DNA of 64,000 nt, from NCBI GenBank assembly GCA_047975765.1, contig JBKEEF010000003.1:3923-67922 (forward strand), written 5' to 3'. The translations under genes were made by a program, and so were the position numbers. The notes under the pieces were generated by a model that had not been told where the DNA came from, did not search any database, and saw only the letters and a list, made by a program, of their open reading frames with translations. The stretch's first letter is position 1. Each line of letters begins with the position of its first letter. Below, piece by piece: positions 22,594-33,206 of this stretch. This stretch comes from Alphaproteobacteria bacterium. Lineage in GTDB: Bacteria > Pseudomonadota > Alphaproteobacteria > RF32 > CAG-239.

Positions 22594-23277
22594 CTAAAGA
22601 CTAGTTAAGTCTACTCTAATACCAACACCCATTGTAGAGCTCAAAGAAATCTTTTTCAAATAGTTTCCTTTAAGACCTTGAGGTTTTGCTTTCAAGATAG
22701 CATCGATGAAAGTTTTTGCATTTTCTGTAAGTTGTTCAGAAGAAAAACTTGCTTTACCGATACCAGCGTGAATAATACCATTTTTTTCAACACGGTATTG
22801 AACTTCACCAGCTTTTGCTTTCTTAACAGCATTAGCAACATCAACAGTAACTGTTCCGAGTTTAGGGTTTGGCATCAAGCCTTTTGGTCCCAAAATTCTA
22901 GCTACTTTACCAGCAATACCCATCATGTCAGGCGTTGCAATACATCTATCAAAATCAACTTTTCCAGAAAGGATAGAGTCGATCAAGCTTTCAGCACCAA
23001 CAACATCTGCACCAGCAGCCTTTGCTTCATCAGCTTTTTCACCTTGAGCAATTACGGCTACGCGAAGAGTTTTACCTGTACCATGAGGAAGAGAGCATAC
23101 ACCTCTAACCATTTGGTCAGCATATTTAGGGTCAACACCCAAGTTCAATGCAATATCAATTGTTTCATCGAATTTTGCAGTCGCATTAGACTTAACAACT
23201 TCAACAGCTTCAGTCAAAGCCAAAGCAGCATCTTTGTTAATGTTTTTATATGCGTTTACGATTCTTTTTCCACTCAT
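22594..23277 (-). CDS. rplA: 50S ribosomal protein L1
   Basis: 227 aa with conserved L1 sequence. Confidence 0.95.
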   Translation of the reverse strand: MSGKRIVNAYKNINKDAALALTEAVEVVKSNATAKFDETIDIALNLGVDPKYADQMVRGVCSLPHGTGKTLRVAVIAQGEKADEAKAAGADVVGAESLIDSILSGKVDFDRCIATPDMMGIAGKVARILGPKGLMPNPKLGTVTVDVANAVKKAKAGEVQYRVEKNGIIHAGIGKASFSSEQLTENAKTFIDAILKAKPQGLKGNYLKKISLSSTMGVGIRVDLTSL

Positions 23278-23281
23278 GTTC

Positions 23282-23719
23282 TTAGCCCTCTACCTTGATG
23301 CCCATAGATCTAGCTTGACCAGCAACCATTTGCATAGCTGATTCAACTGTTGAACAGTTAAGGTCTGGCATTTTAGATTCGGCAATTTCTTTAACTTGAG
23401 CAGTAGTAATTTTTCCTGCAACAACTTTACCAGGTTCTTTAGAAGCAGATTTAAGACCTGCAGCTTTCTTAATGTAATAAGATACTGGTGGAAGTTTTGT
23501 GATGAAAGTAAAGCTTTTATCTTCAAATGCAGTAATAATTACTGGAACAGGAATACCTGATTCCATTTTTTGAGTTTCTGCATTGAATGCTTTACAAAAT
23601 TCCATAATATTCAAACCTTTTTGACCCAAAGCTGGACCAACTGGAGGAGAAGGATTAGCCTTTCCTGCAGGGATTTGAAGCTTAATGAAACCTAAAATCT
23701 TTTTCTTAGATTTAGCCAT
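23282..23719 (-). CDS. rplK: 50S ribosomal protein L11
   Basis: 145 aa; PPVGPALGQ motif. Confidence 0.95.
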   Translation of the reverse strand: MAKSKKKILGFIKLQIPAGKANPSPPVGPALGQKGLNIMEFCKAFNAETQKMESGIPVPVIITAFEDKSFTFITKLPPVSYYIKKAAGLKSASKEPGKVVAGKITTAQVKEIAESKMPDLNCSTVESAMQMVAGQARSMGIKVEG

Positions 23720-23922
23720 TTTTTACCTCTATTTCCTAGGTTTCGTGGTCAACAAGACTATGGCAAATCTCCCACGAAATTATATTAAAAACATACGATT
23801 CGCTTAAAAGAAACGGATTCATCCCTTTCAAGAGTCGCGTATGTATAACATAACCGATTCAAAAAGCAAGGATTTTTTGAAAAAAAATTTCACAAAGTTT
23901 TCAATATCCAGAGATTTATTAT

Positions 23923-23951
23923 TGACAAAAAAACCACCAAGAACTAAAATT
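23923..23951 (+). promoter_or_regulatory. Consensus sigma70-like promoter facing the 24125 ORF
   Basis: TTGACA - 17 nt - TAAAAT on the + strand, ~175 bp upstream of the ORF at 24125. Confidence 0.45.
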
Positions 23952-24124
23952 TGAATACGAACTAATTATTTTGGATTTATTCTCTCTACTTCATTGAATT
24001 TTATTCAGAGATATCCATAACCCTTAAAAAAGTATAATCAAAAAAATATATAATATTATATGCCTATGAAATTAAGTTTCTCTATTTCATCTAAGTAGTT
24101 ATTAATATTAAAAAATATAAGACA

Positions 24125-24733
24125 ATGAAAACAAAAAATACTGTAATTCCTATCATTGATCAGGATTACATTAAAAACATAAGTTACGGCAAAAAAGATG
24201 AAGCACTTGTGGTCTCAAATGAAGATAACATTCTTGTCTTTCGCCTAAAAGACGCCGGAGCTCTAATTGAAATTGATTATTCAAAAGAAAGTTTCTTCGA
24301 AGAAAAATTTCAAAACTTGCTTAAAAGTTTGGTTGAGGAAGACCGAGTGTATGTTCGAATAAGAAAGAGTCATGGTAAAATTATAGAAGCCTTACCATCT
24401 CAAATCTTTTTGACATACGAATTTGAAGCCTCAGCTGCTGCTTTTGAAAAAATTCAAAAAACTGTTGAAGGACTCGAAGAGGTTTTACGAAGCAAAAACT
24501 TAACTCCAGAAGCTAAAAAAGAAGCAAATGAAGAGTTAAAACACGCTAACAACAACCTTAAGAAGTTCAATCGCAGAATGACAAAAGCTGAGAAGCTTCT
24601 CGAGCGCTATGGGCAAACAAAGCCGACAAAGGTAAAAAGAAGCTATAGAAAAAAGTGCAATGCTTTGCTCTATCAGCAGAAAGCTCCTTTGAATATGACA
24701 GAACTAGCCAATATCCCGCTTATACCTGCGTGA
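24125..24733 (+). CDS. Hypothetical protein inserted between nusG and rplK, opposite strand to both
   Basis: 202 aa with a basic C-terminus and no recognisable domain; own promoter upstream and terminator hairpin downstream. Confidence 0.5.
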   Translation: MKTKNTVIPIIDQDYIKNISYGKKDEALVVSNEDNILVFRLKDAGALIEIDYSKESFFEEKFQNLLKSLVEEDRVYVRIRKSHGKIIEALPSQIFLTYEFEASAAAFEKIQKTVEGLEEVLRSKNLTPEAKKEANEELKHANNNLKKFNRRMTKAEKLLERYGQTKPTKVKRSYRKKCNALLYQQKAPLNMTELANIPLIPA

Positions 24734-24857
24734 TATTAAAGATTTAAAAGAGGAGCCTTCAAAAGCCCCTCTTTTTTTATTTTCATTATATAAACTCAAA
24801 CCAAAATCCAAAAAAAAGCGCCCTAGATAAGAGCGCTTTTACAACTTCTAAAAGAAA

Positions 24858-25403
24858 TTAAATTTTTTCAACTTGGCTATATTCTAATTCAACTGGAGTT
24901 GAACGTCCAAAGATAGAAACAGAAACTTTCAAACGGGATTTCTCACTATCAATTTCTTCAACCAAACCAATGAACGAAGCAAATGGACCATCTGCCACTC
25001 TCACTTCATCACCAATTTCATAAGCCACAACAGTCTTAGGTCTTTCAACTCCTTCTTGCATCTGCATAATGATTTTTTCTGCTTCTTTGTCAGAAATAGG
25101 CAATGGTTTATTACGACCACCTAAGAAACCAGAAACTTTTGGAGTGTTTTTGATAACATGCCAAACATCATCATCCATAACCATTTTCACTAAAATATAT
25201 CCAGGAAAGAATTTTCTTTCAGTGTTAACTTTTGTACCTTTTTTAACTTCAACAACTTCTTCAGTTGGAACAAGAATTTCAATAATTCTTTCTTCCAATT
25301 TTTTCAAAACAACTTGTTCTTTGATAGATTCAGCAACTTTCTTTTCTGAACCGGAATAAACTTGTACGACATACCAACGTGCTGACATCTGATTAATCTC
25401 CAA
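24858..25403 (-). CDS. nusG: Transcription termination/antitermination factor NusG
   Basis: 181 aa; ARWYVVQVYSGSEKKV NGN domain and KOW domain; Rhizobiales-like sequence. Confidence 0.95.
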   Translation of the reverse strand: MEINQMSARWYVVQVYSGSEKKVAESIKEQVVLKKLEERIIEILVPTEEVVEVKKGTKVNTERKFFPGYILVKMVMDDDVWHVIKNTPKVSGFLGGRNKPLPISDKEAEKIIMQMQEGVERPKTVVAYEIGDEVRVADGPFASFIGLVEEIDSEKSRLKVSVSIFGRSTPVELEYSQVEKI

Positions 25404-25587
25404 AACCTAATATCAAACTAACAACCCAACTAAGAATTTGGTCAACAAAAAAGAAGAATGTTGAAGCAACGGCAACAATGATTGCTACCATAATGAAAGT
25501 TTGAACGACTTCTTTTCTAGCCGGCCAAGAAACTTTTTTAACTTCTTGCTTAACTTGTCTCAAAAATTGTATTGGACTAATTTTCAT
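25393..25587 (-). CDS. secE: Preprotein translocase subunit SecE
   Basis: 64 aa, single TM; overlaps the nusG start as usual. Confidence 0.85.
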   Translation of the reverse strand: MKISPIQFLRQVKQEVKKVSWPARKEVVQTFIMVAIIVAVASTFFFFVDQILSWVVSLILGFGD

Positions 25588-25732
25588 TTAACAAAATCCA
25601 CTATAAACTGATTAAAAAACAACGGCATTGCAAATAAATTGCAACAAACAATTTGCCCAAAACATAAACCATAATTTCAGACAATGCAACACTATTTTTA
25701 TCTGATATATTATTTTTATAGATATATCAATA

Positions 25733-25768
25733 AAAAAGAGAGTGAAACCACTCTCTTTTTTACGCTTT
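25733..25768 (-). terminator. Rho-independent terminator after the porin gene
   Basis: AGAGAGUGGUUUCACUCUCU hairpin followed by a U-run on the minus transcript. Confidence 0.55.
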
Positions 25769-25779
25769 TCAACGAAGGG

Positions 25780-26892
25780 TTAGAATTTAACCATTGCAGA
25801 AATACCTGCTGAGAACTGGTCTTTTTTACCATTTGTTCCATGTTCAAAAATTCTTTCTCCGCCATTACGGTCATAACGAACTTCTGGCTTAATCAACACA
25901 TATTCCATTGGTTCATAATTAAGAGCCGCTGTCAAAGAATATGCATCCATATTGTCCTTATCCATATTATCATATGAGTGAGTATATTCTGCACGACCAC
26001 CAACAGCCAGCTTATCATTTAGTTTGTAAATAGCTTCACCACTATAAACATATGCTCTGTTTTCACCTTCATGTTTGAATTTTTGATTTAAGAAAGCAAA
26101 AGCACCTTTAACTTCAAGACTTGAATTAACTTTGTAACCAGCACTAAATTTCGTGATAACATTTTCTTCCTCTGGTTTATATTTACGGTCTTTAACTCCC
26201 ATAACGTCCAAACCTAAATCTGTTTGACTGTTTAATGCATATTTAGCACCTGCAAAAATTGCATTATTCTTAGAGCTGTCAAATGTACTATTTTCACCAT
26301 TAGACCAACCACCATAAACGCTCATTTTGTCATTCAAGTTATAAGTTCCCATAACACCTGTTTGTGTTGCAGGAGTAATTCCATAGATATTAGAAAGAGA
26401 ATAGAAAAATCTTTCTGATGCGATGAGGCTTTCCCCACCCATTACGCCAAAGAATTTACCGGCTTTAATCGTGTAATCTTTATTTCCTAGTTCAAGATAA
26501 GCTTGAGGAATTGCTGAGAAGTATTCACTACTACCCCATTTACTTTCATCATCTCTAGCTTCAAATCCATTAGATTGAGCCCAGTGAGCATCAGTACCAA
26601 ACATATAGTCTACACGACCACCAACATCAAAAGATTTTGTTGTATCAATTTTTTTACCAACACCAATGTATGCTTGATTTAATTGACCGTCAGATTTATG
26701 ATTGTTTAATAAACTTGCATTATCTTTGTTCCAGTATTGATTTTTATAAATACCAGCTTCAACGTTTCCAGTAACATAAAATAATTTATTATCTTTAATT
26801 GGATTAATTTCTGCTTTAGCTTCTGGAGCAAATGACATCATAGCTGTCAAAGCAACTGCTGCACAAGAATATTTCAACATAGTCTTTTTCAT
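25780..26892 (-). CDS. Outer-membrane porin-like beta-barrel protein
   Basis: 370 aa; signal peptide ending AKA; alternating amphipathic strands; C-terminal Phe (AMVKF). Confidence 0.65.
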   Translation of the reverse strand: MKKTMLKYSCAAVALTAMMSFAPEAKAEINPIKDNKLFYVTGNVEAGIYKNQYWNKDNASLLNNHKSDGQLNQAYIGVGKKIDTTKSFDVGGRVDYMFGTDAHWAQSNGFEARDDESKWGSSEYFSAIPQAYLELGNKDYTIKAGKFFGVMGGESLIASERFFYSLSNIYGITPATQTGVMGTYNLNDKMSVYGGWSNGENSTFDSSKNNAIFAGAKYALNSQTDLGLDVMGVKDRKYKPEEENVITKFSAGYKVNSSLEVKGAFAFLNQKFKHEGENRAYVYSGEAIYKLNDKLAVGGRAEYTHSYDNMDKDNMDAYSLTAALNYEPMEYVLIKPEVRYDRNGGERIFEHGTNGKKDQFSAGISAMVKF

Positions 26893-27069
26893 TATTTTAT
26901 TCCTTTCTAATGTTTAAGAACAAATTTAGGCTATAAAATAGGAAAAAGAATAACAACCTAACTTTAGTTAGTATTAAGATAACATAATATTTCCATATAT
27001 TCAGATACTTAGCAATCCCAAAGTTTTTAAGGTCTCTAAAAGAAAATAAAAACGATTCCTCTTAAAAAA

Positions 27070-28230
27070 CTAATCCACAATCTTTCGACTAAAAACAAGA
27101 AGATATAGAACAGCTCCTATTAAAACAACAATGGCACCAACTTGAGTCATGAAATAATCAGAAACGACTCCCATAATTACAGGAAAAACTGAACCACCGA
27201 AAATCCCCATAACCATCAACCCTGAAAGCTCATTTTCTTTTGATGGCAACCTTTTCATTGCTTGTGCTAAAGAAATAGGGAAAATGTTTGCATTTCCAAA
27301 TCCAATTAACGCAAAACAAATATAAAGGGCAATTTCATTTTTAATAAAACAAGCTAAAATCATACCCAAGGCCACAATCATCATACTTAAAGTGAAAAAC
27401 TTTTTCACAGACCATTTGGCAATAATGAAAGCTCCAGAAAAAGATGCAAAAGTTCTAAACAAAAAATATACCATTGTTGCCTTCATTGCTTCATCAACCG
27501 TTATACCTGTTTTTTCCTGAAGAAGTTTAGCTGCTGTAATATTTGTACCAACATCTATTCCCACATGACAAATTACTGCCATAAAACACAAAAATACCAT
27601 TCCATTCTTTAGCAAAGCAAAACAAGCTTTGAAATCAGAATTTTTACTTACTTCTTTTTCTCTCACAATATCTTGTCTCAACAAGGTAAGAAAAGCAATT
27701 ATGCCTTGAACAAAAAACACAAGATATAAAATTCTCCAGTTTCCAAAATGAACAGCAGAAAAAGATGCAATGAGCGGAGCTGCAAGAGAACAGCAGGCCT
27801 TCACAAATTGCCCAAAAGTCATGTAACTTGAAATTTTTTCATTCCCAACAATGTTTGACAGTAATGGATTGATTGAAACTTGCATCAAAACATTACCAAT
27901 ACCTAGCAATGAAAATGAAAAGACCATCAAATATAAATTATAATCAACCAAAGGAATTATCACAGAAACTAATGTCAAAAACAAACTGATTAAAACCGTT
28001 TTCTTTCGCCCAATTTTGTTCATCAAAACACCCGTTGGAACAGCAAAAATTAAAAACCAGAAAAACACCATAAACGGAAAAATATTGGCAACCGTATCTG
28101 TAAGTTCAAAATCTTTCTTCATATAGTTTGAGGCAACACCAACCAAATCAACAAAACCCATCGCAAAATAAGTCAACATAATTGGCAAAAGTAAGAAGAA
28201 GAAATTTTGTTTTTTAATTGTTTTGTCCAT
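27070..28230 (-). CDS. MFS transporter
   Basis: 386 aa, ~12 TM helices; co-oriented with a PfkB kinase. Confidence 0.7.
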   Translation of the reverse strand: MDKTIKKQNFFFLLLPIMLTYFAMGFVDLVGVASNYMKKDFELTDTVANIFPFMVFFWFLIFAVPTGVLMNKIGRKKTVLISLFLTLVSVIIPLVDYNLYLMVFSFSLLGIGNVLMQVSINPLLSNIVGNEKISSYMTFGQFVKACCSLAAPLIASFSAVHFGNWRILYLVFFVQGIIAFLTLLRQDIVREKEVSKNSDFKACFALLKNGMVFLCFMAVICHVGIDVGTNITAAKLLQEKTGITVDEAMKATMVYFLFRTFASFSGAFIIAKWSVKKFFTLSMMIVALGMILACFIKNEIALYICFALIGFGNANIFPISLAQAMKRLPSKENELSGLMVMGIFGGSVFPVIMGVVSDYFMTQVGAIVVLIGAVLYLLVFSRKIVD

Positions 28231-28241
28231 AGCCTTTCTCC

Positions 28242-29120
28242 TTATAATAGGATAACGTCTCTATCATACGTTGGCCAAGCTCCCTGCTTTGTACAGACAA
28301 AAGCAGAAACCTTAACTGCATATTCATGAGCTTTCTCAATTGACATCCCTTTAATTATTGCACACAAAAAAGCGCCAGAAAAAGCATCTCCAGCCCCAAC
28401 CGTATCCACAACCTTGACCTTTGGTGTCTCAAGATAAGACTTTTCTTTTCCAGAATAAACAATGCTATATTTTTCACCTGCTGTGAAAAGAAGAAATTTG
28501 AGTTTATATTTCTCTATAAAATATTTACAAATTTCTTCATCTGTTCCTTCAAGCCCAAAGAGTTTCTTTACAACAACCATTTCCTCATCATTAATTTTAA
28601 AAACATTTGAATAGCTAAGCAATTCATGAATGAGTTCCTTTGAATAATAGTTAAGTCGTAAGTTTATATCAAAATACTTATAAGCTTTTTCTGACGCAAA
28701 GCTCAATAAGGTTAAAATTGTTTTTCTTGAAAAGTCATTTCGAAGTGCAAGTGTTCCATAACAAATCGCATCGGCTCTTTGAACAATCTCAATAGCTTTA
28801 TCTGTAAGTGGAATATAATCCCAAGCAACATCTTCAACAATTTCATAAGTTGGCATCCCTTTACTATCCAACTTGACATTGACCGTTCCTGTCGGAAAAT
28901 CAACTTTTTCAAGAAAAGCCAAAATTTTGTTCTTGTGAAGTTCTGAAACTATTTCTTCTCCTAAAGCATCTGAACCTATAGCGCTAATTGCATATCCTTT
29001 TGCCCCAAGTTGTGATGCATGATAAACAAAATTTATTGGAGCACCTCCTGCCTTTTTTCCAGTAAGGAAAATATCCCACAGCAATTCTCCCATACCAACG
29101 ACAACAATTTTCTTAGTCAT
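28242..29120 (-). CDS. PfkB-family carbohydrate kinase (fructokinase/ribokinase-like)
   Basis: 292 aa; DTVGAGDAFSGAF anion-hole motif. Confidence 0.75.
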   Translation of the reverse strand: MTKKIVVVGMGELLWDIFLTGKKAGGAPINFVYHASQLGAKGYAISAIGSDALGEEIVSELHKNKILAFLEKVDFPTGTVNVKLDSKGMPTYEIVEDVAWDYIPLTDKAIEIVQRADAICYGTLALRNDFSRKTILTLLSFASEKAYKYFDINLRLNYYSKELIHELLSYSNVFKINDEEMVVVKKLFGLEGTDEEICKYFIEKYKLKFLLFTAGEKYSIVYSGKEKSYLETPKVKVVDTVGAGDAFSGAFLCAIIKGMSIEKAHEYAVKVSAFVCTKQGAWPTYDRDVILL

Positions 29121-29271
29121 TTTAGCCTCGCAAATATTTTCTATCTAAATATTATAATCTCAATTACTGATTAAAACCATATTTTCTTGCTAAATTTTAT
29201 TGACAACAAACATTTATCTTCCATATTATGAACTTTATATATTTCAAAACATTAAGGTCTCAAATTACACC

Positions 29272-30576
29272 ATGGATATAACACAGATAACGCTAAACTT
29301 GATTCTTGTTTTTGTTCTTGTTTTAGCAAACGCATTTTTTGTCGTCTCAGAATTTTCAATTGTCAAAATCAGAAGAACAAAACTGACTGAACTTTCCAAT
29401 TTAGGAAACAAAAAAGCGCAAGTCGCACTAAAAATCACAGGAAAACTTGATACTTATCTTAGTGCCATCCAACTTGGAATTACACTAGCTTCATTGGGGC
29501 TTGGTTGGGTTGGCGAACCTGCTGTTTCTAAACTTTTAGAATATTGGTTTGCAAATCTCTTTGCAAATAATCCAGTTTTGCTCCACTCTTTGAGTTTTGG
29601 TATTGCCTTTTCTTTCATTACGCTTCTTCACGTTGTTTTGGGAGAACTCATTCCGAAATCACTTGCTATTCACAAAACTGAAACTTTTGTTTTGTTGGTT
29701 GCTTATCCACTTTTCTGGTTCAACAAAATTTTCTTCCCTCTCATTGTTATCTTTGACAAACTAGCTGTCTTTTCTCTTAAGCTTATGGGAGTCAAACCAA
29801 CGAGCGAAAGTGAACTTGCGCACTCAGAAGAAGAAATCAAACTCATTGCCAGTGCTTCCCAACTTGGGGGAGTAATTGATGAAACAGAAAGCGAAATCAT
29901 CAAAAATGCGGTTGATTTTTCAGATACAGTCGTTAAGGAAATTATGATTCCAAGACAAGATATCCAATTTTTCAACACAACAGATACTTACGAAACTGTT
30001 TTGAAGAAGATTAAGAACACCCGTTTGAACAGATATCTTCTCTGTGAAAAAGATAAAAAAAATAATATTGTCGGAATGATTCACGTTCGAGATTTGCTTG
30101 GACTCGAAATGGAAGAAAAGTTCAACCTCAAAAATATTGCTCGAGAAATTTTATATGTTCCTGAAAACCAACCAATCTCTCAAACACTCCAAGTTATGAT
30201 GAGAAAACACATTCACCTTGCTATCATTGTAGATGAATATGGTGAAACTGTTGGTCTAATTACAATGGAAGATATTTTAGAAGAACTTGTTGGTGACATT
30301 GCAGATGAACATGATCCCGAGTTTGAAGAAGAAGACATCAAATTTCTCAAAGACGGAAGCTATGAATTTGATGGCATGGTTCTGCTTGAAGATGTTATCG
30401 AAATTATGGGCTTACCAGATTTTGACTATGAAGAAAACACAGTTGGAGGACACGTCTTCACACTTTTAGGTCACAAGCCAAAAATTGGAGATAAAACTGA
30501 AAATGATCTATGCCAATTTGAAGTTTTAGCAACGAAAAAAATGCGTATCACAAGAGTTAAGGCAATAAAAAAATAG
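29272..30576 (+). CDS. HlyC/CorC (CNNM) family transporter: DUF21 + CBS pair + CorC_HlyC
   Basis: Start taken at MDITQITLNL; 4 TM DUF21 N-terminus, CBS region and C-terminal transporter-associated domain. Confidence 0.75.
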   Translation: MDITQITLNLILVFVLVLANAFFVVSEFSIVKIRRTKLTELSNLGNKKAQVALKITGKLDTYLSAIQLGITLASLGLGWVGEPAVSKLLEYWFANLFANNPVLLHSLSFGIAFSFITLLHVVLGELIPKSLAIHKTETFVLLVAYPLFWFNKIFFPLIVIFDKLAVFSLKLMGVKPTSESELAHSEEEIKLIASASQLGGVIDETESEIIKNAVDFSDTVVKEIMIPRQDIQFFNTTDTYETVLKKIKNTRLNRYLLCEKDKKNNIVGMIHVRDLLGLEMEEKFNLKNIAREILYVPENQPISQTLQVMMRKHIHLAIIVDEYGETVGLITMEDILEELVGDIADEHDPEFEEEDIKFLKDGSYEFDGMVLLEDVIEIMGLPDFDYEENTVGGHVFTLLGHKPKIGDKTENDLCQFEVLATKKMRITRVKAIKK

Positions 30577-30581
30577 CCCTA

Positions 30582-30616
30582 AAAAAACCGTTTCATTTAG
30601 AAACGGTTTTTTTATT
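30582..30616. terminator. Bidirectional terminator between the CorC-family gene and the desulfoferrodoxin gene
   Basis: AAAAAAACCGTTTC-ATTTA-GAAACGGTTTTTTT. Confidence 0.65.
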
Positions 30617-30632
30617 ACAAGATATTCAGATT

Positions 30633-31019
30633 TTATTTCTCAAAATCAACAGCCCACAAACCATGTAAGTTACAATATTCATAAACAGTCACACCACCTT
30701 CAGGAATCTCAAATTCTGCTTCAGGTTTTGAATTAATATCTAAATCAATTCTTGTCGTTTTGTTTTTTTCTGCAACAACAATAAATGCAATATGATGCTC
30801 AGCTGTCATTGGGTGCTCAACAGAACCCACTTGAACCTTCAATTTTCCATTTTCAATCTTAACTGCTGGCACATGCTTTTCTTGAGAAGCATCAACAGTG
30901 TTAACTTTTAAGAGTTCCATTGGATGATTACAACAAGCCAAAGGACCACCTGCACGAACAGTTTCTTCAGTCACATGACCACAAATGTTACACTTATAAA
31001 ATTTTCTTTCATACTTCAT
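30633..31019 (-). CDS. dfx: Desulfoferrodoxin (2Fe superoxide reductase)
   Basis: 128 aa; N-terminal desulforedoxin cysteines (CNICGH...CC) and C-terminal SOR centre (HVP, HHIAF, CNLHGLW). Confidence 0.8.
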   Translation of the reverse strand: MKYERKFYKCNICGHVTEETVRAGGPLACCNHPMELLKVNTVDASQEKHVPAVKIENGKLKVQVGSVEHPMTAEHHIAFIVVAEKNKTTRIDLDINSKPEAEFEIPEGGVTVYEYCNLHGLWAVDFEK

Positions 31020-31040
31020 TTTAATTCTCCATATTTATGT

Positions 31041-31583
31041 TTATTTATTAACTTTTTTCAAAAAAGCATCCATATAAGATGAATAGAATTTCTTACTTCC
31101 TTCATCAGAAAATTCTGAGTTTTCTGTTATATCACCTTCTTTATATTTTGCATAAAGCTCTGGTTGCCCCATAACATCCATATTAAAAAATGCTAAAACA
31201 TTTCTCAAATGAGCTTGAGCAAGAGCTGTTCCAATAGCCCCTAAAGAAACCCCTAAAATTCCTGCAATTTTGTTTGCAAGAGAGATTTGACCGTAAGGAC
31301 GAGATGACCAATCCAAAGCATTTTTTAACACCCCTGAAACAGAACGGTTATATTCTGGAGTCACAAACAAGATAGCATCTTGTGCTTCAATTTCTTTTTT
31401 AAATTTTATAACAGAAGCAGGAAGATCACCTTCGATATCCACAGAAAAGAAAGGTAAATCCTTAATTTCAATAAAAGTAAAATCAGCTTCTTTTTCTTTC
31501 AACTTCACGAGCGCTTTTGCAAATTTACGGTTAATCGAACCTTTTGCAATACTTCCCACAATCACACCAATTTTTTTCATCAT
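31041..31583 (-). CDS. NADPH-dependent FMN reductase family flavoprotein
   Basis: 180 aa; flavodoxin-like fold signature (KIGVIVGS..., FVTPEYNRSVSGVLKNALDW). Confidence 0.7.
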   Translation of the reverse strand: MMKKIGVIVGSIAKGSINRKFAKALVKLKEKEADFTFIEIKDLPFFSVDIEGDLPASVIKFKKEIEAQDAILFVTPEYNRSVSGVLKNALDWSSRPYGQISLANKIAGILGVSLGAIGTALAQAHLRNVLAFFNMDVMGQPELYAKYKEGDITENSEFSDEGSKKFYSSYMDAFLKKVNK

Positions 31584-31746
31584 TTTCTCCTTAATTTATA
31601 TTAGTTATCTATAATCTATGTTTTTATATCAGCAAATACAAGATGTTCTTTTCATTTAGTTGCCACTTTTGGATAGAAACTTGTTTTTTCTAGACTATTT
31701 TAAAATATAGGATATTCTTCTTTTTTTTAACAATTGGAGTGAAATT

Positions 31747-32025
31747 TTGACAATTAGAAAAAAGCTAAAAAACCTACTTGTAAAACTGCTAGGTTACGAA
31801 CTTTATTATATCGCCAAACCAATCACAGAACATGACATCAACCGTGCTCAACGTCTTTGGGCGTCTGGCATTTTGAGAATTGGAAGACTTTACAGAAATG
31901 GTGAAGATTATGTTAGCAGTGCAGAAAAAATGATTGATAAACTCTATAGCTATGAAGATGGACAAGTCCTTTTCAAACCAACAAATGCTAAAGAAGACCA
32001 ATTTAGAATAGAATATGAAAATTAA
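31747..32025 (+). CDS. Hypothetical 92-aa protein, translationally coupled to the macro-domain gene
   Basis: Overlaps the downstream ORF start by 11 nt; no recognisable domain. Confidence 0.4.
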   Translation: MTIRKKLKNLLVKLLGYELYYIAKPITEHDINRAQRLWASGILRIGRLYRNGEDYVSSAEKMIDKLYSYEDGQVLFKPTNAKEDQFRIEYEN

Positions 32026-32647
32026 CAACATTGAAGTAAATTTTATTTCTGGCGATATTACTAAATTAGTTGTAGATGCCTATATTATTCCTCAGTTTTT
32101 TTGTCAAGCATCAACGGCTGGTGTTGGAGGTGCAGTAATGCGTTCTGGAGCACTTGAAGGAATTGAAGCATATCAGAAATATATTGATAAAAATGGCAAT
32201 CTAAACTTCGGCGAAGGGATTATAACAAAATCTGGAGGAGGAAATTCAAATTTTCTCTTGCATGTTGCCTCCGTTGATTCCGGCAAAGAAAATGAGTTTC
32301 AAACAATTCAAAAAGCTATTTATACGGCGCTTTATTTAGCAAACCAACAAAAGCTTTCAACAATTGCAACCCCTGCTCTCGGAACACTTTCCGCTGAACA
32401 ATCAGCCAAAGCAATATTTTCAGCGATTGACCAGTTTTCAAAAACAGCAAATGGCATAGAAAATATCTCTCTTGTCTTTTTCAATGATCCAACAGCCATT
32501 GAAACGTCAAAAAACATCTTACTCAATGACCTGTATCATGTCCAAGCTGAAGAAGGGGCTAAAACCGTAGATTACAACAAAGTCCATGAAGAACTTCTGG
32601 AAAATGGTGTCAAAAACGTAGCATTCTTCAATCTAATGGAGTCTTAA
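32015..32647 (+). CDS. Macro-domain (ADP-ribose-binding/processing) protein
   Basis: 210 aa; SGDITKLVVDAYI...GVGGAVMRSG...IATPALGT macro-fold motifs. Confidence 0.65.
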   Translation: MKINNIEVNFISGDITKLVVDAYIIPQFFCQASTAGVGGAVMRSGALEGIEAYQKYIDKNGNLNFGEGIITKSGGGNSNFLLHVASVDSGKENEFQTIQKAIYTALYLANQQKLSTIATPALGTLSAEQSAKAIFSAIDQFSKTANGIENISLVFFNDPTAIETSKNILLNDLYHVQAEEGAKTVDYNKVHEELLENGVKNVAFFNLMES

Positions 32648-32702
32648 AAAACACCCCTAATTCTGGAAACAGATTTAGGGGTGTTCATATTTCTTAATGC
32701 TC

Positions 32703-33206
32703 TCACTCAACAGCAATCCAATATCTTCGACTAGCTTCTTCTATATTTTCTAAAACTCCACCGCATTTTTCAATCGTTTTATAACTTGCACAATTATTAT
32801 CATTACAGGTGACTAAGACTTTCTCTATTTTCATTTCTTTTGCTTTCTTGAGTGTTTCCAAAAGCAATATTTTTGCATAACCTTTTCCTCTATATTTAGG
32901 AGAAAGCCCATAGCCAATGTGCCCACCATGTTTTAATAAGCTAGGGGTTAGAAAGTGACGTAACTTAGAAAATCCAACAGGAACGTCGTCAACAAAAAGA
33001 ATGTAATATGTTTGAGGAACCTTTCCACTTTGTTCCGTCTTTGACACAGATTCCTCAATAAAACTTGCTATCATCAAGTCAAAACACTCTCTTGAAATAC
33101 CATTTAACTTATTCATAAAACCATTTTCTTCTTTAGGAATATCATTAAACATTTCAAAAACAGAATCTTCTTCATTATTTTGTATGGATATCAAGATAAC
33201 TTTCAT
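32703..33206 (-). CDS. GNAT family N-acetyltransferase (start taken at MKVILIS)
   Basis: GYGLSPKYRGKGYAKILL acetyl-CoA-binding motif; GGAGGTG RBS before the internal ATG. Confidence 0.65.
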   Translation of the reverse strand: MKVILISIQNNEEDSVFEMFNDIPKEENGFMNKLNGISRECFDLMIASFIEESVSKTEQSGKVPQTYYILFVDDVPVGFSKLRHFLTPSLLKHGGHIGYGLSPKYRGKGYAKILLLETLKKAKEMKIEKVLVTCNDNNCASYKTIEKCGGVLENIEEASRRYWIAVE

